A program made the position numbers and the translations under genes. A stretch of 64,000 nt of DNA, from contig CAVQRT010000025.1 in the NCBI GenBank assembly GCA_963715195.1, forward strand, positions 1-64,000. Direction: 5' to 3'. This document shows, in pieces, positions 10,173-18,337 of this stretch; within the stretch, counting starts at the first letter, position 1, and each line of letters opens with the position of its first letter. The stretch is from Thermodesulfovibrionales bacterium. GTDB lineage: Bacteria; Nitrospirota; Thermodesulfovibrionia; Thermodesulfovibrionales; SM23-35. Below the pieces are notes generated by a model. The model saw only the letters and a list, made by a program, of their open reading frames with translations. It was not told the origin of the DNA and did no database searches.

Positions 10173-10451
10173 ATGGAGGAAGGACAGGATGCAACGGAGA
10201 CTCCCTTGGAACACATTGGGTCACAGGACCAATTTCCCGCTGATGCCACTACAGTGAATAGCATGAAGCCGCATAGAGATGTACAAACTGTTACCGAAAT
10301 CGCCAAAGGGTTTCGTGAAAGCCTGAAAAACGTTCAAAATTATCGCCTGTCCATGCATGAAGAAATAAAGGATATCCTGAAAAAGCAGGTGGTTACTTTT
10401 GACAGAAAGGCTCTGCCGAACAGTTGGTCTCCACCTCGAGAGGAGGAATAA
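10173..10451 (+). CDS. Hypothetical protein
   Basis: 92 aa ORF with strong AAGGAGG RBS; no recognised motif. Confidence 0.5.
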   Translation: MEEGQDATETPLEHIGSQDQFPADATTVNSMKPHRDVQTVTEIAKGFRESLKNVQNYRLSMHEEIKDILKKQVVTFDRKALPNSWSPPREEE

Positions 10452-10452
10452 T

Positions 10453-10552
10453 TTGCCGATATTGGAATACGACTGGAAACAAGTGACTGTTGAAGAGGAC
10501 GACTTTCTTGTCAACTTCGAAGAATGGAACAAAAAGATTGCTCAGACATACC
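10453..10552 (+). pseudogene. N-terminal fragment of a DsrC/TusE-family sulfur carrier
   Basis: AGGAGG plus TTG start; translates MPILEYDWKQVTVEEDDFLVNFEEWNKKIAQ (cf. vDEdGFL..fddW); similarity ends at a REP-like hairpin. Confidence 0.55.
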
Positions 10553-10598
10553 CTCCCTCCTTACCCTGACCCTCTCCCTTCTGGGGAGCGGGTTAGGG
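10551..10598. repeat. REP-like CCCTCTCCC...GGGAG.GGG hairpin element
   Basis: ccctgaccctctcccttctggggagcgggttaggg; related copy near 26990-27020. Confidence 0.5.
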
Positions 10599-10665
10599 TT
10601 TTTTCAAAATGTTCATGTCCATGGGCACATTATAAACCAAAAGTATTTATGAAGGAGGCTTAAGG

Positions 10666-11117
10666 ATGAGAAAATTATCAATTTATATGATGGTCTTAGC
10701 GATTGTCGCGGTAACCAGCTTTGCATATGCAGACGAACCTGGTTCCCCGGGCGGATACAATTACTGCCCTTATTGTGGTAGTTATATGGGACCGCAGGGT
10801 GGTCAGGGTATGGGTCCCGGCATGATGGGTGGTCAGGGTATGGGTCCCGGCATGATGGGTGGTCAGGGTAGGGTCCGGCATGATGGGGGTGGCCTGGCAT
10901 GATGGGGCGTGGCTACCAGGGACAGAGCGCGGAATGCCAGAAGTTCTATGACGAGACTGCCGGGCTCAGAAAGGAATTAAACAACAAAAGATTCGAATAT
11001 TTTGAGGCTGTCCGCAATCCGAAGACGACCGGAGAGTCTTTAACGAAGATCGGAAAAGAGGTCAGGGAATTACAGGAAAAGATCTATGCAAAAGGCCCTA
11101 TCGGTTGTTGGCAGTAA
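10666..11117 (+). CDS. Periplasmic ZraP/Spy/CpxP-like protein, split by a frameshift (probable sequencing error)
   Basis: Signal peptide, GMGPGMMGG repeats, then QKFYDETAGLRKEL in another frame. Confidence 0.75.
10798..10910 (+). repeat. 30-bp coding tandem repeat (GGQGMGPGMM)n
   Basis: ggtcagggtatgggtcccggcatgatgggt twice exactly, plus about two indel-damaged copies. Confidence 0.9.
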
Positions 11118-11308
11118 GACAATATGATGGAGGAAAAGCCGTGGCTGTGAAAGAATTCGCTGAGACCGTCATACTCCAGTCAATCGAGGACTTGTCTCCA
11201 TAGCATGCCCTTATTTTGATGATGATTTTGCTATATTTTTTGAAGAGGGTGGAGTACATTGATTTGTAGTACATTTCATAAGGCGTGTGTGCCCGGAGGT
11301 GATATCTG

Positions 11309-11530
11309 ATGGCGGAGATAAAAGTAGATTGTACCAATGAAACCTGTCCGGTTCCTTTGGTCGAAACCCGAAAAGCACTGCGAAAAGCAAAAGAGGGCGA
11401 TATCGTTATCGTCATCGGTACACATCCAGCATCGAAGAAAGAAATACCGATGGCAATTAAGGCGTTGGGACTGGAAATGCTTGATATGAAAGAAGATGGC
11501 ACTGTTTGGACAATCAGAATTCGCCGATAG
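11309..11530 (+). CDS. TusA-family sulfur carrier
   Basis: 73 aa with CPVP motif. Confidence 0.9.
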   Translation: MAEIKVDCTNETCPVPLVETRKALRKAKEGDIVIVIGTHPASKKEIPMAIKALGLEMLDMKEDGTVWTIRIRR

Positions 11531-11538
11531 GGGGAAAC

Positions 11539-11958
11539 ATGGCAAATAAAGCAACCATAATAGCACACAGTGGTGATATGGACAAAATATACAGTGCTTT
11601 AATTATTGGGAATGGGGCACTTGCTATGGGAATGGAGGCATCGATCTTTTTCACATTTTGGGGTCTTCAGCGTCTAAAAAAGGGTGGCCTGGAAAAAGGC
11701 CCTCTATCAAAAATGAATATGCTGGGGCTGGGTAAGCTGATGGTGAAGCTCAAGATGAAGAAAGTTGGGGTAGCTTCTCTGGAAAGACTTCTGCAGGACT
11801 TCAAGGAATTGGGAGGCAAAATACTTGCCTGCGACATGACGATGGAGATCATGGGCATCAAAAAAGAGGAACTGCGTGATGATCTTATTTCTGATTACTG
11901 TGCTGTCGGCACTTATGTGAATGAGGCAAAAGATTCATCTATTACTCTTTTCATCTAA
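11539..11958 (+). CDS. DsrE2/DrsH-like sulfur transfer protein
   Basis: FFTFWGL, ACDMTM conserved Cys, C-terminal TLFI. Confidence 0.9.
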   Translation: MANKATIIAHSGDMDKIYSALIIGNGALAMGMEASIFFTFWGLQRLKKGGLEKGPLSKMNMLGLGKLMVKLKMKKVGVASLERLLQDFKELGGKILACDMTMEIMGIKKEELRDDLISDYCAVGTYVNEAKDSSITLFI

Positions 11959-13140
11959 TGGGAAAAGAAGATTTGATCAGAAAACGTATATATTTCGATA
12001 ATTCTGCTGCAACTCGCATGGATGAGCGGGTGTTAGAGGCGATGAAACCATACTTCTTTGAGAATTATGCAGTTGCTACCTCAGAGTTTGCTTATTCTGA
12101 GGGCATCGATGCCAGAGAGGCTTTGGATGACGTACGTAGTGTCCTTGCTGCATCTCTTGGTGCGAATGCCGAAGAATTCATTTTTACTTCAGGAAACACC
12201 GAGTCTTCAAACCTTGCTCTTAAAGGTGTATCTCTCGCTCTCAGAAAGAAGAAAGGTACCCATATCATTACGTCCAAGATTGAGGATTTCCCGGTACTGC
12301 ATAGTGCACGAGCATTGGAAAAGCAAGGCTTCCAAGTAACGTATCTAGCAGTGGACGGCGATGGTTTTGTTGACCTTGATCAGCTGAGAGGCTCTATTAC
12401 CGACAAAACTATTTTGGTTTCGGTTCAGCATGCAAACCAGGAAATTGGTACTATCCAAGACATTGAAAATATTGGACATATCTGTAAGGAGAAAGACGTA
12501 TTATTTCATACGGATGCCACACATACCTTTACCAGACTTCCTCTTGATGTTGGACACATACCTGTTGATTTGATTACCGTATCTGCCCATACCATCCACG
12601 GACCAAAAGGTATAGGAGGTCTTTACATAAGAAAAGGAACACCAATAACCAAGTGGATGGACGGTGGCTTTCAGGAATTTGATATTCGTCCTGGCCTGGA
12701 AAATATACCCGGTGCGGCAGGTTTTGCTAGAGCAGTGGAACTGGTTACCTCAGACGAAACCCAGAGACTGCAGGCTATGCGGGATAGAATTATTGAACGA
12801 GTACTCGCCGAAATACCGAATACTACGCTCAATGGTCATCGCTGGAACCGACTTCCACAAAACGCCAATATTACGTTTCACTTTGTTGAAGGGGAATCTA
12901 TTACCTTGCATCTTGATATGCATGGGTATGCAGTAAGCACGGGTTCTGCTTGCTTTAGCCGTTCTCTTGAAAGCAGCCATGTCATTATGGGTATCGGCGG
13001 CGACCACGAAAGGGCACATGGTTCAATACGCTTTACCTTTGGACGCTATAACACCATGAGTGAGGTTGACGATATCGTTGGAACACTAGGCTGAGATAGT
13101 AAAGGAACTCAGAATAATCAGCCCACTTGGGAAAGAAAAA
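11958..13140 (+). CDS. Cysteine desulfurase (IscS/NifS) homologue lacking the PLP Schiff-base lysine; last ~16 codons frameshifted
   Basis: YFDNSAAT, FTSGNTES, STGSAC (Cys332); SAHTIHGPKG replaces SxHKxxGPKG; EIVKELRIISPL lies in +1 frame after the TGA at 13092. Confidence 0.9.
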
Positions 13141-13155
13141 ATGGAGGACAACAAA

Positions 13156-13794
13156 ATGAAATTTCCATATAGTGAAATAGTGTTAGAACACTTTCGCCAC
13201 CCGCGAAATGTGGGACAAATTGAGGATGCCGATGGGAAAGCCACTGAAGGCAGCCCTTCTTGTGGAGATATGGTTTCCGTATATATAAAAGTTGATCCTG
13301 AGAAAAAAACTATTAGTGATATCAAATTTGAATCTTATGGCTGTGCTTCAAACATTGCAACAGGTTCTATCATCACTGAACTTGCAAAGGGCAAGACGCT
13401 TGATGAAGCCAAGAAAATTAATTGGAAAACAGCTTCGGAAGCGCTTGGAGGTCTACCGAAAATAAAGGCTCATTGTTCAGTGCTGGCGGTAGAAGGTTTA
13501 CGTTCAGCGATACAGAACTACGAAGAGCGCCACGGTCTGGTCAAAGAAAAAAAACCGACAACGGAAGATGAGATACACAGGCGGCTCAGGAAAGTTATGA
13601 ATCCATTATCAGGACTGGATTTAGAGCGAACCAATTTAGTTAAAAGATGTTGCAACTTAAAGGATGGTATTGTGCGTGTTGTGATAGACCTGCCCCCCGA
13701 CCATCAGTTTTCTAATTCCATAAGGGAGGAAATAAAAGAAAAGATTGAACCGCTTTGGGATATTAAGGAAGTCAATGTCGATTTCATGGGCTGA
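13156..13794 (+). CDS. IscU/NifU-N Fe-S scaffold fused to a DUF59 (SufT/MIP18-like) domain
   Basis: YSEIVLEHF..PRNVG, CGD, GC and KAHCS motifs; C-terminal LRKVMNPLSGLDL; GGAGG RBS before ATG 13156. Confidence 0.88.
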   Translation: MKFPYSEIVLEHFRHPRNVGQIEDADGKATEGSPSCGDMVSVYIKVDPEKKTISDIKFESYGCASNIATGSIITELAKGKTLDEAKKINWKTASEALGGLPKIKAHCSVLAVEGLRSAIQNYEERHGLVKEKKPTTEDEIHRRLRKVMNPLSGLDLERTNLVKRCCNLKDGIVRVVIDLPPDHQFSNSIREEIKEKIEPLWDIKEVNVDFMG

Positions 13795-13879
13795 TTTTCT
13801 TTTCATCAGTCCTTGCTGTAACACAATGACACAGCGCATAAATTTTACGCAGGGGATACACGATTGATGGAGAAGACGT

Positions 13880-14068
13880 GTGGAAACATGTCCTGTATGT
13901 GAACAGTCTATTGATCAATGTATTTGCTGTCCGGAATGAGGGCATGTCTGCCTCCTGGATCAGGGGGCCTTATATTGTCCGGTTTGCAAACCTGAACCTG
14001 TGAAAGCTGAAAAGCGGAGCAGAGAACAAAATTTATCAAAGGAGGATGTATGGGATACACAAACGTAG
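13880..14068 (+). CDS. Candidate selenoprotein: 62-aa Cys-rich microprotein with in-frame UGA
   Basis: GGAG RBS plus GTG; METCPVCEQSIDQCICCPE*GHVCLLDQGALYCPVCKPEP...; TGA 13937-13939 sits at the second Cys of a CxxC. Confidence 0.65.
13940..13980 (+). promoter_or_regulatory. Putative bacterial SECIS element
   Basis: Lower stem gggcatgt/atattgtcc; 8-bp upper stem gcctcctg/cagggggc; G-led loop 18 nt after the UGA. Confidence 0.55.
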
Positions 14069-14301
14069 CATTAAAGGACAAGATTATGGAGATGCACCCG
14101 GAGGTTGCAAAGCATGGAATTGCAATCAGCCTTGATTTTGATACGACAAAAAATGCCTTCATTGTTAAGTTTAGGAAAGACAAGCATGAACTAACAACTC
14201 ACCTTGAGAAGAAGGATGCCGATGAATGCATGAACGGGGTAAAATGTGTCTACCTTGGCGTTCAGATAGGTCAGTTTATCAAGAATTTTGAAATAACTTA
14301 A
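14050..14301 (+). CDS. Hypothetical protein with C-x4-C motif
   Basis: 83 aa, AGGAGG RBS, ECMNGVKCVYLG. Confidence 0.75.
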   Translation: MGYTNVALKDKIMEMHPEVAKHGIAISLDFDTTKNAFIVKFRKDKHELTTHLEKKDADECMNGVKCVYLGVQIGQFIKNFEIT

Positions 14302-14377
14302 ACAATGTGAATATTCTCAATCGCTTGTTCATTATGAAAATTCCATTCTCTCAATAAGCCGATACAGAAAGGATGCA

Positions 14378-14485
14378 GTGAGCATGGTCTGCCCTTCCTG
14401 GTTTGCGTTCATCTTCTATAATCCGGTCAGGAAAGCACTCACTGAGAGGACAATAATTCTTGACAAATCCGGTATTACGAAAGAT
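14378..14485 (+). pseudogene. Possible N-terminal fragment of a SAM-dependent methyltransferase
   Basis: MVCPSWFAFIFYNPVRK resembles the vCPwwl...NPlR start of class I methyltransferases; no SAM motif follows. Confidence 0.35.
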
Positions 14486-14582
14486 CAACACAGGGTTGCT
14501 CCGCTTACAAAACGACCACCCTCAGGGATGTTCGAGACAACAGATCCCGAAATGCTGGATGTGTATCTGATTTGATCTGATC

Positions 14583-15281
14583 GTGCAGATTCCTCCCTAT
14601 CTTATAAACGAACATTATGATGACCGCTATTTCGATGTGGTCAATGCAATTGAAGAAGCGAAGCACGTCTTTTTTCGGGGTACCGACATCATGGATATCC
14701 TTTCTGCTGCAAGGTCGGGGAGGAAAGAATTCAGAATAGGTGAAACAGGCTTCGGTGCAGGCCGACTACTCATTGCCTTCATAGATTTTCTGGACAATTG
14801 CGGCATCAGGGATATAGCGATTATCTACAATTCAGTTGAACTGCATCCGGTCACTTTTGAGCGAATGGCGACCCTTCTCAGTGGATTAAGAACAGAGGTC
14901 GGTCCGCTTATTGACCTGCTTGTCCGGAAATACAGCCGCGTCGAAATTTCCAGACCGGGGTGGCACCAGATACATCTCACCCGGCCTTTTGGCATCCTGA
15001 GCTTGAATCTCTGGATTGGTGAGGCCCTCGAAATGGTCCATGCACTCACAATTCCCTGTGACGCATGGTTTCTGGATGGTCATGGACCAAAGAAGAACCC
15101 TGCCATGTGGCGGCATGAACTTCTTATGGCAATTGGAGAAAAAACAGTGACCGGAGGAATCTGTGCCACCTATACTGTTGCAGGAACCGTAAGACGGGGA
15201 CTTATCGCTGCGGGGTTTTCTGTCGAGCAACGTCCTGGTTTTGGTGGGAAAAAATCAGTGCTCAAGGGATTAAAAATGTAG
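14583..15281 (+). CDS. Stand-alone MnmC-type (MnmD) tRNA methyltransferase domain
   Basis: EEAKHVF, IGETGFGAG, DAWFLDGH.P.KNP.MW, ATYTVAG and GFGGKK motifs; start uncertain. Confidence 0.85.
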   Translation: MQIPPYLINEHYDDRYFDVVNAIEEAKHVFFRGTDIMDILSAARSGRKEFRIGETGFGAGRLLIAFIDFLDNCGIRDIAIIYNSVELHPVTFERMATLLSGLRTEVGPLIDLLVRKYSRVEISRPGWHQIHLTRPFGILSLNLWIGEALEMVHALTIPCDAWFLDGHGPKKNPAMWRHELLMAIGEKTVTGGICATYTVAGTVRRGLIAAGFSVEQRPGFGGKKSVLKGLKM

Positions 15282-15599
15282 TGCAGGCATTGCCGTGACA
15301 TTGATGATTTCAGGTCTATCTGTAAAGAGTGTAGACTTGACACTGAATACTGCTATACATACAAGAAAGAATCTGAAAAAGAGGCTTCCGGCGCCGCCTA
15401 CTTCTTCGTAAACAAGAGAGACCTTCGCTACCATCAAGTTCTCGCAGTACTCTTCAAAATTATTGAACCTGACAATTATGAGTATTTCTTTTGCAAATCA
15501 GAATAATGAAGATTTGACCCCATGTCTTTGACTCTCCTTTTTGGAAGGATTCGCTCCACAATAACCTTCCCTGTTGCATTTCTTTGAGTCAGAGCTCTG

Positions 15600-17471
15600 T
15601 TACTCGCCTGCTGTTTTCAGCGCCTCAAGCCTTTCGTCGAACTCCCTTGATTTCACAACAAGCTCATCGGTAAGAGTTTCAAGCTCATCAAAGAGGATGT
15701 CAATTTTCCGCCTTAACTCAGGAATCGAGACAGAAAGCTGCCTGATCGATTCTCCGTCCCCTTTTACAGAAGCCTTAATAAGCGCCTGTGTATTCTGCTC
15801 GATGCTCTGCTCAAGCTGGGTGATGGTCTCTTCTACTTCAGCTATCCTCGACTGAATCGGGACGAGAGTTCTGGAGCGGCTGTTGACTAATTCGGCCTTA
15901 ATCCTCCTAAAGTCTTTCCTCTTTGTGCCGTTTCCCTTTTGTCCAGAATTATGCCTACTGCGGACTGTAGCCTCAGCCTCGTCTTTCCAGCCTCTTCTGT
16001 CGAGAAAGTCTTGGTATGTGCCCTCAAAAACCTTCACGCTGTCGTCATCGAAAACAATAAGCCGTGTGGCAAATGCATTCAGAATCATTTCGTTGTGCGT
16101 TACGATTACAACAGCACCTGAAAATGTATCCATTGCCGCAAGCAAAGAGTCCACTGATTCCATATCAAGGTGGTTGGTGGGCTCGTCTAGTAATAACAGA
16201 TTGGCAGGGCTGACAATAAGTTTGCCTAAAAGCACCCTGCTTTTCTCCCCTCCGGAAAGCACTTTCACTTTCTTAAGCGCAGTATCACCTTCGAACATCA
16301 TGATGCCGCAGATGTTTCGGGCAGCGTTTCTGTTGTAATCCGGGAGTGAATCTAATATCTCCTTTTCGACTGTATTTTCAGCAGTGAGCCGCTGGATATT
16401 TGTCTGGCCGAAATATCCAAGTTTTAAGTGTACATGGTGGGTCACTGCACCATTGAGTGGTTGCAGCCCAGTTGCAAGCAGGTTCAGCAAAGTTGTCTTG
16501 CCTTTCCCATTTTTCCCGATAACAGCAATCCTGTCCTTTTTGCCGATAGTCAGATTTAGTCCGTCTATAAGCAGGGGACCCTCCGTCTCAAAGGAGAAAG
16601 AGATGTCTTTCGCCTCGATTAGCCATTTCCCTGTAAAGGGTGACGGGATAAATTCGAATTCAAGGTCTTCTATCTCGGACATCTTTTCGAACCTCTCCCT
16701 TTTCTGGAGGGCCTTTATCTTTGACTGAACCGCCCGCGCTCTGGTCGCCTGAGCCCTGAACCTGTTTATGAACTGCTCTGTTTCCTTTCGTTTCTTGTCT
16801 TCATTGATCCTCGTCTGTTCATAGACTTCCTCTTCCATGAGTATCTGCTGGTATAGCTTATGGGTGGGTCCCTCTATCTTCCTTATCTTATTGCGGTGTA
16901 TACCCATGGTATGGGTTGTTACGCTGTCCATAAAATCCCTGTCATGGGTGATCAGGATGAGTTCTCCCCTCCAGCCCTTCAGGAACCTTGTGAGCCATCG
17001 TATCGAGACGATGTCAAGGTAGTTGGTAGGTTCATCAAGGAGAAGCAGGTCTGGTTCAGAGACGAGCAACTTTGCAAGATTCAAACGGACCTGGAAGCCT
17101 CCAGAGAGGTCAAGGGGATGACGTAACAGATCCTCCATCGAAAACCCGAGGCCCATCAAGATCGTCTCTGCCTTATAAGCTTCATCCCTGCCGTCATCAG
17201 AGGGTTTAAGACCCAGACAGGCTTCTCCCAGAACCAAATCTTCGCTGAACACAAGGTGCTGTGAAAGATAGCCGATCATGTAATTATTGGGGATACTGAT
17301 AACGCCTTCGTCAGGTCTTTCCTCACCGGTTATCATCCTGAGGAGAGTCGTCTTCCCATGGCCGTTCCTTGCCACAAGCCCGATACGTTCTCCTGCGTTG
17401 ACCGTAAACCCGATGTCATCGAATATCACCTGAGTGCCGTATGCCTTGGAGAGGTTACTGACCTGTATCAT
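15600..17471 (-). CDS. ABC-F family ATPase
   Basis: Two nucleotide-binding domains (GKTTL, LSGG, LLLDEPTN), linker, C-terminal coiled coil, no TM segments. Confidence 0.95.
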   Translation of the reverse strand: MIQVSNLSKAYGTQVIFDDIGFTVNAGERIGLVARNGHGKTTLLRMITGEERPDEGVISIPNNYMIGYLSQHLVFSEDLVLGEACLGLKPSDDGRDEAYKAETILMGLGFSMEDLLRHPLDLSGGFQVRLNLAKLLVSEPDLLLLDEPTNYLDIVSIRWLTRFLKGWRGELILITHDRDFMDSVTTHTMGIHRNKIRKIEGPTHKLYQQILMEEEVYEQTRINEDKKRKETEQFINRFRAQATRARAVQSKIKALQKRERFEKMSEIEDLEFEFIPSPFTGKWLIEAKDISFSFETEGPLLIDGLNLTIGKKDRIAVIGKNGKGKTTLLNLLATGLQPLNGAVTHHVHLKLGYFGQTNIQRLTAENTVEKEILDSLPDYNRNAARNICGIMMFEGDTALKKVKVLSGGEKSRVLLGKLIVSPANLLLLDEPTNHLDMESVDSLLAAMDTFSGAVVIVTHNEMILNAFATRLIVFDDDSVKVFEGTYQDFLDRRGWKDEAEATVRSRHNSGQKGNGTKRKDFRRIKAELVNSRSRTLVPIQSRIAEVEETITQLEQSIEQNTQALIKASVKGDGESIRQLSVSIPELRRKIDILFDELETLTDELVVKSREFDERLEALKTAGE

Positions 17472-18337
17472 GCAGACATTTTAACTGATGGACACAATTA
17501 AACCCAAAAGCAATACTTGCATTTTGAAGTCAATTGGAGCTATCTATCCATATATCTGTGGAAATTTAATACGGTGTATTACTCCGATTAACCTTTTCTC
17601 TTTTCTCCAGCACTGTTATTTCATATGCACTGACCTTTTTAAAAAAATTCAATCCAAGCCCCTGAGCAAGGGGCGCCAGATAAATAGCAATAAACTGGGC
17701 TGAACGGTTTATTTAACCCAATCCCAAGAGAAAATCAGCCAGGCAGGGGATTCCTTATTCAGACTCTTGCATAACTACAAAATCGACGAAACCATTGTTA
17801 TCGATCAGATGAAGATGTTTGTACTTACCCGTCACTCTCCTATCAAGTCCTAAGTATGAGCGGATAACTACATTTAGACCATTCTTGGTGTTGCTCGTTT
17901 GGAAAGCCTTTGGCATAGTGCTTGCGGCAATACAACTCTTTATGCAAAAGAGGTAGCATCTTATAAGAGCGTCACTAGAAATATCCTGATTACGAAATAG
18001 GTCGTCTTTAACACCGGATGTGTTAACCGTCTCTATCTTCCCATAATCTTAAATAGTTCACAGAGCAAAAGGTTGCGCAGTTATAAGTAAATGCACGCCA
18101 CATGCAATTTGTTTGTGGCGTGCATTAGATGAAGATCTCCACATGGAAGTAGTCAATATTTCGAAATTTTCTGCTTCCAATGGACTACTTTTAATAAACA
18201 GCTCATAAGATTATGCAAGGAGTGGATAGTTCAAAAGAATTGTTAACGCCAGAGTTAAGCGGCGGTGCAAAAACGATCATCTTGGATAAAATGAAGTATG
18301 GAAGTTTGCTGAGATATTTTTACCTCATGGTTAAATT

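Noticed and set aside
10798..10910. 30-bp repeats as a CRISPR array
   Set aside because: Tandem with no spacers, in-frame Gly/Met-rich coding sequence, no cas genes
11141..11262. Small gene starting VAVKEFAETVILQSIEDL
   Set aside because: Has an RBS but stops after about 20 codons; cannot be assigned
13092..13094. TGA near the end of the IscS homologue as selenocysteine
   Set aside because: The conserved C-terminus (EIVKELRIISPL) is in the +1 frame, so this is an indel and not recoding
13640..13662. KRCCN cysteine pair in IscU-DUF59
   Set aside because: Explained by three single-base insertions; removing them gives a plausible VKDVELKDG, so likely an artefact
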